64,000 nt of DNA from assembly GCF_009914755.1 (NCBI RefSeq), contig NC_060928.1; one strand, 5' to 3'. The translations under genes and the position numbers were made by a program. Every line of letters starts with the position of its first letter. Position 1 is the stretch's first letter. The notes under the pieces were generated by a model that was given only the letters and a program-made list of their open reading frames with translations, was not told the origin of the DNA and searched no databases. Positions 29,901 to 43,345 of the stretch are shown here, piece by piece. The stretch comes from the human T2T-CHM13v2.0 reference genome, Homo sapiens.

Positions 29901-30685
29901 ATTGGTGTTAGTTTTTTAAAAGTGTGGTAGAATTCAGCGGTAAAACCATTCAATCTTGGGTTTTTCTTTCTTGGAAGATTTTTTTCTTACAGATTCAATA
30001 GTTTTACTCATTATTGGTCTGTTCAGATTTTCCATTTCTTCCTGGTTCAATCTTGGTAGGTTATGTGTGTCCAGGAATTTATTCATATCCTGTAAGCTTT
30101 TTAATTTGTTGGTGTATAGTTGTTCAAAATGGTCTCTAGCGGTTCGTTGTATTTCTGTGATATCAGTTATAACGTCTTTTTTTATTATGATTTCATTTAT
30201 TTGGTTCTTCTCTTTTATTTTTAGAATAGCTAACGATTTGTTAATTTTGTTTACCTTTTCAAGAGAGATTACTTTTTTGTTTCAGTGATCTTTTGCCTTA
30301 TTTTTCAGCCTTTGTTTTATTTAGTTCTGCTCTGATCTTTTTTTTTCCCCCCTTCTGCTAATTTGGGGTTTGGTTGGTTCTTGTTTTTCTAACTTCTTGA
30401 GATGCATTGTTAGGCTGTTTATTTGAAATCTTTCTACTTTTTTGACTTAGATATTTATTGCTGTAAAATTCCCTCTTAGTACTGCTTTTCCTGTATCCCA
30501 TAGATTTTGGTATGCCGTATTTCCTTTTTTGTTTGTTTTAGAAAAATTTTAAACTTTTTTTCATTGACCTGTTGAACATTCAGGAACATGTGATTTAATT
30601 TCCAAGTATATGGGCAGTTTTCTGAGTTCCTATTGCTATTGATTTCTAGTTTTATTCCATTGTGGTTGGAGAAGATACTTGATAT
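26955..30685 (-). mobile_element. L1MA (L1MA4-6-like), about 3.4 kb, 5'-truncated
   Basis: Reversed 3' end (tagagtgatatttcaatacat...aaattagggtaattagcatatcc); minus-strand ORF2 remnants ([16 protein letters not shown]; IYEKPTANIILN). Confidence 0.88.
29060..29342 (-). mobile_element. Second L1MA 3' end nested in the L1MA
   Basis: A repeated 3'-terminal block (ggggtacatataatattttaatacatgtatacaatgtataatgaccaagtcagggtaattggg) interrupts ORF2. Confidence 0.8.
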
Positions 30686-32179
30686 TCCACCTTCTTGCTG
30701 ATGTCACTCATGGCTAATTTCTTTTCCAATTCATATCTCTCATGCTTAATACGGTATAAGATATAGAATAAAGAAGTAAGAAACGTGATAATGAATATAT
30801 ATTACATCAGTATAATTGATATAAAGAAAGACTGCTATTACACATCTGATGTAATGATATATACCAAGATGAGTGGTGGTGTGTACGAGGACAAGAGCCA
30901 AAGATTAAAACTCTTTCAAGAGCTAGGTATAATATAGGGCAAAGTTTTCCTAATTCTAATTCATTTCTCAAATGTAATTTGTTAACTGTGGGTATTAAAA
31001 CCAATCACTCAAAACAATATTGCTCTACTCATTAAGAAATATTTTGGTAGAAATGTGTCTTTCTATGTAAATTTTCTGCAGATAAGAGTATAAAGAGTCA
31101 AATGAACATTATAGTTTCATCATTTAAAAATTTATATTTTAATATAAAATGATAAATTGATGGTCTAAGTTTACCTATCCCAATAATATAAATCTGACAT
31201 CTGTGTTAACTGATAATCAAATTTCCAAAAGTGCAAAGTTAAAAAGTGTAACTTAGACTTGAGTTAACTTCACAAAATTATTGTTTTAGTATTTATAAAA
31301 CAGGTTATAATATAATCAACTAGTAAAATTTGGAGTTCTATAGGCAACAACATATTTTCTAATGTTACATATGAAATAAAATAGGAATCATGACTTTTGC
31401 ACAAATGGGGAGACTTTTTCCAGTTAGTATTTTAGCCATGTGGAATCTACTATGTTTTATTTAAAAAAAAAACCCTAAAATACCTGTAATATGTTTCCTA
31501 CTGTTGTTGTGCTATTTAGAGATAGGGCTGAGACCTAGGGTGAATATGAGAGAGTATTCAAAACTGAGAGAGTTGCAACTGCTATTGTACAGAATGTTTA
31601 CATAGGGAACAGAATACTAATAAAAGGACCTGTGGTTAAAAACAGAGATTACTAGACCCAGACAAATAATTGGCTCTCTGTTTGAAGCCTGACACTTGAG
31701 TGCTTGGTTACACACAGAGACCAAGACATCTTTGCAATTGGTATTAAAAATCATGACTGAATGAAATATCAATTTCAGACCAAAATGGTATGGTTCACAA
31801 CAGAGGTCAGTAGAAAGACAACACAGCATTAGAAGATGACAAAGGCATGTTCCTTAGCTATTACTAGCCAATGATTCAACATTTCCCAGTGAAGACAGTT
31901 GGAAATCAATGGCAAAGCCATATTAGCACTATAGTTTATTAAAAATACACACACACATAAACACACTTGCACACACATTCACATGTATTTGTACTGAAGC
32001 TATATGTTTAGAAAATCATAGACCTTATCATTAAAAAAACTTTTAAAAAATATATAGTTCTGAGTCAAAACACAACTTTTGGTATGGCTAAAATGAGTTG
32101 TCTGAAAAACAAAAGAACCTAAATGAAAATTTTAAGCTAGAATAAGATGCTTTTAATTGGCAGAATTGGTGAGCAGTGC

Positions 32180-32610
32180 ACCTGGTGTTTAAATAGTTCT
32201 CTGTTGAACTCCAGCCCTATACATTCAGTACCACTTTATATCTAATACAGATAACAAATTTTCTCCCCCATCAAACCTGTTTTATCCACATTCTCATACC
32301 TATCAAATGTATGGAAACTCAATATTTCCAGTTGCTTAGGTCAAAACCTTAGAGTCATACTAAATATTTTTTACACCTCATATCTAAACTATCAGGAAAT
32401 TCTGTTGGTTCTACATTCACAATATTGCTACTACCTTATGACTTATCTCCACTGCTACCACCCTGTCAAAGCCACCATCATCTTTCACTTAGATTATTAC
32501 AATAGTCTTTAAACTACACTCCTTCATTCCATCCTGTCTTATTAACTATTTTAGAAGCACCAAGAACAATGACATAGCTGATCTGTAAATACCTGAAGAA
32601 TGAATGAATA
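32180..32610 (+). mobile_element. L2a fragment
   Basis: ccagttgcttaggtcaaaaccttagagtcat, ctccactgctaccaccctgtcaaagccaccatcatc. Confidence 0.75.
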
Positions 32611-33189
32611 TAAAATTTTTATTTACTGTGCTTTATATAATACAGGCACTCATGGTGTTACTGAGGGCATCTCAATCACTCAGCTGTGACATTGACAGTT
32701 ACCTTAAAAAATTGAGACAAAAATTATGAAACATTTAATACACAAAATTTAAAGTAATATCTGTATAGTTTACAGAAAATATTGAAATAAACAACTAGAA
32801 AACACAACATTGACCAGTATCTTTGAAGCTTTCCATAACTGTCCCCATTTTCCCTAAAAAATTCACTGCCTTGTATTTTTATTACTCCCTAAATTTTCTT
32901 AATCAATTAACCACAGATACATGAAAGTATAAAAATGTAATATTTAATTTTGTAATGTAAAGAATCATCCTCAATTATTTCTACAACTTACTTTTTTCAC
33001 CCACTCTTTTACTTGTCCTATAATGTGCAACTTGGTATATGTAAAGTCTTTCCAAAGGGTACAAAACCACATGTTACAATTGATCTGTCTATAAGACAGT
33101 TATAGGTATTCCTTTCCCACCTATACTTTTACAATAGTCTTTTTTTCCTTTACAAAAGAAAGACATCCCTGTCCTTACAATGTTACGTA

Positions 33190-35076
33190 GTGTCAAAACC
33201 TTCAGGGATTCAAAGCAGGGACAGTTAGTAATATCAGACTTGAGAAAGTGAATTAATCTATGTTTGGCCTGAAACTGTGAAGTGTCTGAGATGTTACTCT
33301 TATTGCATGGTTTTATATACTCTATATTCACGTGCATGCATATACATACATGTGTGTGCACACGCACACTCACAAACACACTTAATCATGAGACCTCAGG
33401 ACTAGAGACAGACTTATGCTTACTTACCAAATATCTTGCTTCAATTTCCGCTGGAGAGACATGGTAACTGCAGATAATACCTGAGTATATAGTGGACTTT
33501 GTACTATATGAGAGTAATATGGTTTGTCTGTGTTCCCACCCAAAACTCAGGCTTCAGAGGGTGGAAACCTCAAGCCTTGGCAGCTTCCACGTGGTGTTGA
33601 GCCTGTGAGTTCACAGAAGTCAAGAATTGAGGTTTGGGAACCTCTGCCTAAATTTCAGAGGATTTATGGAAATGCCTGGATGTCCAGGCAGATGTTTGCT
33701 GCAGGGGCGGGGTCCTTATGGAGAACCTCTGCTAGGGAAGTGCAGAAGGGAAATGTGGCGTTGGAGTTTCCACACAGAGTCCCCACTGGGGCACTGCCTA
33801 GTGGAGTTGTGAGAAGAGGGCCATTGCCTTCCAGACTCCAGTATGGTAAATCCACCAACAGCTTGCACTGTGCACCTGGAAAAGCTATAAATATTCAACA
33901 CTAGCTCGTGAAAGTAGCTGGGAGTGGGGTTGTACCCTTCAAAGCCACAGGGGTAGGGCTTCTCAAGACCATGGGGGCCCACCTCTTGCATCAGCATGTC
34001 CTGGATGTGAGACATGAAGTCAAAGGAGATCATTTTGGAATTTTAAGGATCAGTGACTGCCCTGTTGGATTTTGGGCTTGCATGAGACCTCTAGCCCCTT
34101 TTTTTGGCCAATTTCTCCCATTTGGAATGGGCGTATTTACCCAATGCCTGTGCCCACATTGTATCTAGGAAGAAGCTGACTTGCTTTTGATTTTACAGGC
34201 TCATAGGTGGAAGGGACTTGCCTTGTCTCACATAAGACTTTGGACTTGGACTTTTAATTAATGCTGGGATGAGTTAAAACTTTGGGGGACTGTTGGAAGT
34301 GCATGATTGTGTTTTCAACTGTGAAGACAAGAGATTTGGGAGGAGCCAGGGGCAGAATGATGTGGTTTGGCTGTGTCCCTACCCAAATCTTATCTTGAAT
34401 TATAGTTCCCATAATCCCCATGTGTTAGGGGAGGGACCAGGTAAAGATAATTAAATCATGCAGGTGGTTTCTCTCATCCTGTTCTTGTGATAGTGTTAGT
34501 TCTCATGAGTTCTGATGGTTTTTGTAAGGGATTTCTCCCTTTGCTGGGCACTCATTCTTTCTTGCCTGCCACCATGTAAGATGTGTCTTGCTTCCCCTTC
34601 ATCTTTCACCATGATTTTAAAGCCTCCTCAGCCATCTAGAACTGTGAGTCAATTAAATCTCTTTCCTTTATAAATTACTCAGTCTCAGGTATGTCTTTAT
34701 TAGCAGTGTGAGAACAGACTAATACAGAAAGAAACCTTGAAATTATACGTCTAGAAACATATAGAGCAGTTAGAACAGTTAATCCTCCTCCCCTATGGGG
34801 ATAGAGATAGAGATAGAGAGCTTTGCTCTAGAAGATAAACAAATCCTCTCCAAGGAGAAGAGCTGAGATTCTCTAGGTTTACAATTCCTTGTATGTAAAC
34901 AGATGTCTCCAAGGAAAATGTTACTAATCTCTCTGCAGGTCTGTATCTTTAACTCTCAAGGCTTATTTGTCATCCATTCTTTATCAAGGTTGCTGATAGT
35001 GGTAGTTTTTGTTAAAAAAGAAAAACTCTTTCTGTGCAGAAATATGAAAATATTCATGAAACATTGTTTCCTAACA
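33190..35076 (-). mobile_element. ERVL-type LTR (LTR47/LTR52-like) split by THE1C
   Basis: Reverse complement of 35076 begins TGTTAGGAAACAATGTTTCATGAATATTTTCATATTTCTGCACAG; left part continues at about 33190-33514 (boundary uncertain). Confidence 0.45.
33515..34726 (+). mobile_element. THE1C provirus with a large 5' deletion: 30-bp 5' LTR stub, internal region 33545-34357, 3' LTR 34358-34726
   Basis: taatatggtttgtctgtgttcccacccaaa stub; THE1-internal ORF remnant (WQLPRGVEPV...); LTR ends actaataca; TSD gagag/gaaag. Confidence 0.88.
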
Positions 35077-35149
35077 ATCTAGGGACAGGAAGTAAATTGT
35101 TTTAAATGCCTTTTTAAAATCAGGCGGTTCCCCATTCTTTGTTTTTAAA

Positions 35150-35560
35150 GAATTTCAGGGAATAATTGAGTTGCAGCTGATAGATCATTACGAATTATTT
35201 GTATGATAGATTAGTTGGTAATTTTGGCAGATGACGCAGAAGCTCAGAAGGAGTTCAAAGATTTGAGCAATATTACTATTAAGAAAATTTTCCATTTCCA
35301 CCTACTTATTTATATGACCACATGTTGACTGAATTGTATAAAAATGAAAAATAGGAATAGAATTGATGCTGACAAATGTCTCATGCTAAAAAATTTATGT
35401 GTAGATACATGAACTTATTGAACACAAAGTCTCATTAAGAGATCTATTTCTACCAAAATATTGTTATAATTAATAATCATCAAAATCTGTAATACATTTA
35501 TGTTGTTTAATCAGTTGTACACTATTAAAAAATGTAATGATAATCTATTCAGGCAAGTTT
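35150..35560 (+). mobile_element. hAT-Charlie transposon 3' fragment (transposase dimerisation region)
   Basis: Degenerate KEFKDLSNI, FPPTYL and KMKNRNRIDA motifs. Confidence 0.75.
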
Positions 35561-36740
35561 TTAACCCCTAACTCAGCTCATTTGTAACATCTCAGAGAAC
35601 TTTTATAAGTAATTGTCCTCTTACCCTCACCCACACACACCCTTCACATGCAAACACAACAAACAAACATTTTTTTATGGTAATAACAGCAGTGTATTTA
35701 TTTCTCAATTTTCTTATCTCTGTCCTTCTCTGATCTTAGTGAGCTTGTGATTGAGTCTTAATTTTGGTATATCCAGAGCCTATCACAGTACCTAACAGAG
35801 AATGTATGTATAATAAGTGTTTTGCTAAAGGGATATATACATAAAGAGGGGAAATCAAAGCAGACTGCAGGAATCTGGAAGTTATGAAGGAGTCCCAGAA
35901 GTGGCACCTATATTGGACTTATATTGGAACTTATAGTAGAATTGATATGATGTTCATAGCTGGCATACACATTCTACAGAGGAGCACAAACAGAATGAGC
36001 TTATTTCTTGAAAAATTGTTGTACATGTGTTTTTTCCCCTACCAATGTTTTGGTTGGAATATTATGGCAGAAAAAAAGCTGCAGTAATGTCAAGGAAGTC
36101 ACAATTTGCTCCATTTTCACCCAGCTCCAAAACAGAAATTCAATTGGGGCTTGTTTTTTCATTCCTCTCATCTTCAAAAAAATGTATTATGAGTCACCTA
36201 AATTAATCTTTAAGAGAAGCACACATGGAGATGGATTGGATTGTCTTTTAAAAATAAATTGAACTTTATTAAAACCACAGGTTCAGTAGTTGGTATTAAG
36301 TAACGAACCAAAAAAGCTCAATCGGCTTAGTAATAGCCTGACAACCACTAGTGAACCAGCAAGTTATTAATGTCTCCAATTAGTAGTTTTCCTACATGTG
36401 TGATCAATTAAGCTAAATCTCCAAATTAAATCCCAATAGTGTTTGTTTATTTCTCTTTAAAGGGTGGTCTGTAAAGTCCAACTTGCAAGATAGACATACA
36501 TTTTTCCTAGAGACTTCAACAACATTTAAATTAGAGCAAAGTTTGATTATTTAATAATAATAATTCAAATTGTCCCCATAAAAATATTTATTTTTGCTTT
36601 CTTTAAACTCTATTCCAGCCATCCAGGAGATAGCATATATGAACAAAGTGACCCAAACTTTTTAAATATGGCTTTTAATATCAGGACCTTACTATTTTAG
36701 TTTTCCAAGGGAATGGTCCCATAGAATATGCTACTGGGAT

Positions 36741-37460
<720 letters not shown>

Positions 37461-37746
37461 ATGGTACTAATAAAATATTGCCAGCAACATTGCCAAGAGA
37501 TAGAAGTGTAAAATCTAATGGAAAAGTGAATACTCTATACCAGTATTAAAGATATGAATATTAAATACCAGCTGTATTCTCTCGTTTTGTGAGCCTTTTA
37601 GTTATGCTAAAATGAACTTAAGGGAAAAAAGGAAAAATGGCAGCTATTATTAACATAGATAGGCTATACTAACACATTAAAGTCAATTGTAATACCTCCT
37701 CTTTCATTACTATGATGTTCATAGCTGGCATATACATTCTACAGAG

Positions 37747-38701
37747 CTTATTTGTATCCTCTCTCTTCTTTTCTTGGTTAATTTTGCTAATGGTCTATCA
37801 ATTTTATTTATATTTTCAAAGAACTGGCTTTTTGTTTCATTTATCTTTTGTATTTTTTTTGTTTCAATTTCATTTAGTTCTGCTCTAATCTTGGTTAATT
37901 CCTTTCTTCTGCTGGGTTTGGGTTTGGTTTGTTCTTGTTTCTCTAGTTCCTTGATGTGTGACCTTAGACTGTGTATTTGTGCTCTTTCAGACTTTTTGAT
38001 AAAGGCATTTAAGGCTATGAACTTTTCTCTTAGTACTGCCTTTGCTGTATCCCAGAGGTTTTGATAGGTTGTGTCACTATTATTGTTCAGTTTGAAAAAG
38101 TTTTTAATTTCCATCTTGATTTTATTGTTGACCCAATGATCATTCAAGAGCAGGTTATTTAATTTCCATGTATTGGCATGGTTTTGAAGTTTCCTTTTGG
38201 AGTTGATTTCCAATTTTATTCTACTGTGGTCTGAGAGAGTACTTGATATAATTTCAATTTTCTAAATTTATTGAGACTTGTTTTATGGCCTACCATATAG
38301 TCTATCTTGGAGAAAGTTCCATGCACTGATGAATAGAATGTATATTCTGTGGTTGTTGGGTAGAATGTTCTGTAAATATCTGTTAAGTCCATTTGTTCCA
38401 GTGTATGGTTTAAATCCATTGTTTCTTTGTTGACTTTCTGTCTTGATGACCTGTCTAATGTTGCCAGTGGATTATTGAAGTCCCCCACTATTATTGTGTT
38501 GCTGTCTATCTCATTTCTTAAAACTACCGTTTGATCCAGCAATCCCACTACTAGGTATCTACTCAGAGGTAAAGAAGTCATTATATGAAAAAGATACTTG
38601 CACATGCATGTTATAGCAGCACAATTTGCAACTGCAAAAATATGGAACCAGCCCAAATGCTCATCAATCAACGAGTGGATAAAGAAACTGTGATATATAT
38701 A
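37747..38701 (+). mobile_element. L1PB-type element: inverted endonuclease-region piece (37747-38520, minus) joined to an ORF2 3' piece (38521-38701, plus); no poly-A
   Basis: Minus ORFs IIVGDFNNPL...FSKIDY and [13 protein letters not shown]; plus piece tttgatccagcaatcccactact...gcacaatttgcaactgcaaaaatatggaacc. Confidence 0.85.
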
Positions 38702-38702
38702 T

Positions 38703-39175
38703 CACACAGTTCTGGACATGTTATTCCCCTTTTTAAATTGCTCAATATTGTCTCCTAATCTGTAGGATAGAATCCCACTCCTTGATATTCTGTATATGTA
38801 AGTTTTTCCATAATCTTTTTCTTGTCTAACTCTCCAGGCCAACTCTTAATAATCTCTACACCAACATTTATGGTCAGCAACTCCGAACTGCTTGTAGGAT
38901 GATTTTGCTCAAAATTCTCCTGCTTTTCTTAGTGGTTCTCAAACCCAGTAAGTCTTCCTGTGGCTACTACAAACCAACTAAGTAATATGGGTCTCCTGTT
39001 TCATTAGAGGATCCTGTGTTTCCCACTGTTTCTACATTGTTTTATAGTTGATTATCACATCTGCTTCACCCACCAGATTGTGATGCATTTTAGGTCAGGG
39101 ATGCCTTGGTCATCTTTGTTTCCATAGCATTGGGTACAGTGCATGACACAGAATAAGCAGTTAATGGAATAGACC
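38703..39175 (+). mobile_element. L2 3' portion
   Basis: ccagattgtgatgcattttaggtcagggatgccttggtcatctttgtttccatagcattgggtacagtgcatgacacag. Confidence 0.65.
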
Positions 39176-39367
39176 TTGAGAAATGGGAAGGATTTTAATG
39201 AAAGCAGCCTTTTGCCTTTCTGTATTTTAATGACAAGATAGAATATTATGCCCTGGAAGGGATTATAAGATAAACTTTTTTTTTGCATTTTTCCCATAAG
39301 ATAAGGGAAATATTTTCTAAAAACAGTGTTAAACACAAAGGACTCAATGAGACTAATATAGTCTAGG

Positions 39368-39775
39368 CTACATAGCCATAAAAAAAATAAAAAAATAAAA
39401 AAACCATCTTTTTTTTGGTTGTTTTTGTTGTTGTTGTTTTGCAGCAACATGGATGGAGCTGGAGGCCATTAGCCTAAGTGAATTAATGCAGAAAAAGAAA
39501 ACCAAATGCCACATGTTCTCACTTATAAGTGGGAGCTAAACATTGGGTACACATGGACACAAAGAAAAATAATAAACACCAAACACCAGGGCCTACTTGA
39601 GAGTAGAGGGTGGGAGGAAGGTGAGGATCAAAAACCTACCTATTGGGTACTATGCCTATTACCTGAGTGATGAAATAATCTGTACCCCACACCCCCATAA
39701 CATGAAATACCCATGTAACAAACATGCACATGTGCCCTTTGAATCTGAAAGAAACTTTGGAAAGAAAAAAGAAAT
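39368..39775 (+). mobile_element. L1PA15/16-like 3' end
   Basis: gcagcaacatggatggagctggaggccatt...gagggtgggaggaaggtgaggatcaaaaacctacctattgggtactatgc. Confidence 0.85.
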
Positions 39776-40114
39776 AATGTTGATAAAGAATCAAGAATTC
39801 TCTTACGTTATTATGACTCAATAGTACTCAAGTGTCATGTTTAATTACATATGAATATATAGTAGCTGATAATCAACTTCATAGAAGCCTATTTATGGCT
39901 CCCTTACATTTGATGATGTTACTGTTCTTTTGTTCCTTCCCTAGGAGAATGTATAGAGGAAACAGAATGTGGAAAAATTACTCAATTGTGCTAATTGTTT
40001 CAATTCTACTACAAGGGTCTACTTATTTTGATGTAAATGTTAAAATTATTGGATTAAACTAGGACTTTATTTATGGGTTTTAAATATCTATTTTATTCCT
40101 TCATTCAGTTATAT

Positions 40115-40315
40115 GGCTAGCAGGTATGCTGCAGGGCGTCATATGTCCTGGAGCTCACACAATTTCAGAAGCCTTTTTTTTTTTTTTTTTTTTTTAGAAA
40201 AAAAAGCATGAAATTAAAGACATAAAATTAAGCACAAAAACTTGAATAGGGTCATTGCTAGTGAGAGGTCCTACAATTTAAGATTTGTTAGCTTCATGGT
40301 AAATCTGTACATGCT
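40115..40315. mobile_element. hAT-Tip100-like MITE relic
   Basis: Right end reads cagatttaccatgaagctaac...ggacctctcactagca on the minus strand, resembling hAT-Tip100 termini. Confidence 0.4.
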
Positions 40316-40869
40316 AGAATTTAAGTATTATATATTAAAGTACTATTCATTTTGACTATTTCTTGTGTTAATTTCAGTAATACTACCCTTGAACTCAGAG
40401 GCAACCTGGTATGAACACAGCTTAGTTGAAACGACATTAAGTGATGTTAATATTTTGGGATTCTAGTTGATAACTAGAATTAAAGTGAATAACTAGAATT
40501 AAAAATAACTAGCAGGAAAATGATAAAAGGACTTATTCTCCTTTGAGTCAAGAAATTCTAGCTCTTAATTCCTAGACCACAGCACTGATCAGAAATGCTG
40601 CTTGTTATTCCCATACTCTACATGTATCACACCATTGTGGAGAGCAGCACATAAAGGCTCTATTACTTGCCTCCCTTTCCCACACATGTGCGAAGTAAGT
40701 AAAATGGTTGAGATATTTTAGAAATCATGTTAATGGATCAGTCACTGTCAAACTGGTGTAGTCCACTATTCTAGGATGTATTCTGCCACTTAATTAGTTC
40801 AAAAAAAAACCCAGACATAAATGAACTCTGTATCTTAACATATTTGCTGATACCAGTGACCATATCCTT

Positions 40870-42570
40870 TAAAGTAGACTTTTAAAAATGGTTTTGATAC
40901 TTAAAAATATTGGGAAGATAATATAGAGAATAACCATATACCCCAAACAAAATTTTTCCTATTATTAGCATTATTTAGATGAGTATGGTACATTTGTAAC
41001 AATAAATACTGACACATTATTCACTAAAGTCCATACTTTATTCAGATTTGCTTAGTTTTTGCATACTGTCCTTTTTGTATTCCAGGATTCCACCCAGTAT
41101 ACCACATTACCTTTGTCCTGTCTCTTTAGACTCTTCTTGGCTGTGACAGTTTCTCAGACTTTCCTTGTTTTCAATGATCTTGACAGTTTTGAGGAGTTCT
41201 AGTCAGGTATTTCATAGAATGTTCCCATATTGGAATTCGTCTGATTTTTTTTTTCCCAGGATTATACAGTGGCTATGTGTTTTGGGGAGAAAGACAATAG
41301 AAGTAAAATGCTACCCTCAACACATAAGAGTATATGCTATCAACTTGACTTATCATCATTATTTTTAACATTCACCACCTGGCTGAGGTAGTGTAGGAAT
41401 ATCTCCTCCACTATAAAGTTACTCTTTTTTTCTTCCTCTTCTCATACTGTATTCTTTGGAAGGAAGTCTCTATGCACAGCCCACACTAAAAGAGAGTTAT
41501 ATTCCCTACTCCTTAAGGGTGGAGTATCCACATAAATTCTTTGGAATTTTTCTACATGGGTGAATTTCCATTATCTTTCATATACTTATTTATTCAGTCA
41601 CTTATTTATATAAGCATGGAGTCAGGAATGTTTGTTTTATATTTGGGGCAATAATACAGCACTACTTCATGTTGCTCAAATTATTGCAGTTTTGGCCATT
41701 GGAATATCTTTCACTTGACTCCTATGCCTCCATCAATATAAGTTTTTTTTTTAATTTTATAAAGTCCTTCCTTACTTTCTGGCACCACAAGATGTTTCAG
41801 GCTTATCTTATGCACTTCCTCCCCCATTCCTAGAATCAACCATTTATCCAAAGAGTCCTGGTTCTTTTTATTGGAAAATAGTATTAGAAAGCAGGATCTG
41901 AATTCTAGGCATGCTCTTTGCTTCCAGGGCACCATTTCTTTTAGGCTCTCTTTTCTGAAAGGGCAAAAAAATATGTGTGCATTAACTGGTCTATATATAC
42001 GTAGAAATAAACATTTCTATATGTAATTAGATCATCTATATTATGATAAACATAACTTCTTATTGACATCTGCAATTCTAACTCACATTATTCAAGCCTC
42101 TTCCCCTTGCTTATCTATAAGTTACCATTCCAACAGTGAGAAAACTGGCCATTACCACTTGCCATCCATTTATTAGTTGCTCAATTCCAGGTCACACATA
42201 TAGTAGTATCAATATTATTAATCCATACCCAAATGGAAAACAACTAGAATACAGCATTCATGTGCAGTTTGTTTTGCTTTAAGTTTTACAGATTGTACAC
42301 ATTCCTCAGATTACCGAGGTATGTACCTTTTCCCAATCCCTTTCAATGAGTTATTTTTTTTCTTCGATACGTTTGTAATATAGTGAGGGTTTTTTTTTCC
42401 CTACAGTTGGGATATTTTCCTGGAATCTCATTACTTCCTAAATAATTTTTTATTTGTATACATTAAGATTCACTTTTTGTGCTAGAAAATTCTGCTAGTT
42501 TTGATAAATACATAATGTCATGTATATGCCGTGACAGTATCATACAGAATCGTTTTGCTACCATCAATAA
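40870..42570 (-). mobile_element. L1MC (L1MC3/4-like) long 3' UTR
   Basis: ctaaagtccatactttattcagatttgcttagttttt, ggctgtgacagtttctcagactttccttgttttcaatgatcttgacagttttgaggag. Confidence 0.82.
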
Positions 42571-43189
42571 GCACATTTTAATAAAATTATCTTGCTTTTG
42601 TTCAATGAAAATCATTCCATGTCCATCTTTATGTACTTAATTTAAGGTTGTATAAGTCTGGAAGAGAGAAGAAATCACAAGATAAAAAATAAAGCATCAA
42701 GTAGAAAGAATTCCCAGACATCCAGAGTATAATTGCTTTAACATTATTGATCTGAGTTCACGAGATAAATAATTTTACTTCCAAAACTGTGTTCTCAATT
42801 CTTCATGTAAAACTCCTTTATTTTCTCCTGGGAGACTGTAAACTCCGGGGACTTTTTTTTTTTTAAAAAAACCTTTCTTAAATGCTACATGCCGAGAAGG
42901 CAAGTAAACCGAAATGGAAACAAACGTAGGTCCTGCACAAGTTCAAATTGCTTCTTAACCTTGTAAAATCACACCCACATTGGGGCAATACAAATATTCT
43001 ACAGTGCTTAGCAACTTTTTTTTTCTGATTTTAGAAAACAATAAACTAAATATATCTACTGAAACATTTTTTATGACAATTTTTTTTAACAAATGAAGAA
43101 AAAAAGATCTTAGGCTGAGAGCCAGTTACTAGTCTATGCTTTGCATATTTTAACTGATTTTATAGTCATAATAACTAAATAATGTGGAT

Positions 43190-43345
43190 ACTATTTCTAT
43201 CCTCACCGTTCTATACTTACCCTTTATAGATAGAGAAACTGAGGTGTATGGAGATTCAGTGACTTGCTTGAAGTCACACTGATATTTATTTTCTCAGTAA
43301 GCAGTGGGTATGACTATTGGAAACTAGTGTTTCTCTTCTCCTTCA
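43190..43345 (-). mobile_element. MIR
   Basis: tttatagatagagaaactgaggtgtatggagattcagtgacttgcttgaagtcacac (reversed MIR core). Confidence 0.75.

Noticed and set aside
30700-32000. Unassigned AT-rich block as coding or DNA-transposon sequence
   Set aside because: No motif or ORF I could support; needs a Dfam and conservation search.
33524-34168. Cluster of overlapping ORFs
   Set aside because: THE1 internal region; GC-richer sequence with a decayed ORF.
39947-39994. ECIEETEC resembling a Gla-domain motif
   Set aside because: Stops after 15 codons and lacks the other Gla consensus residues.
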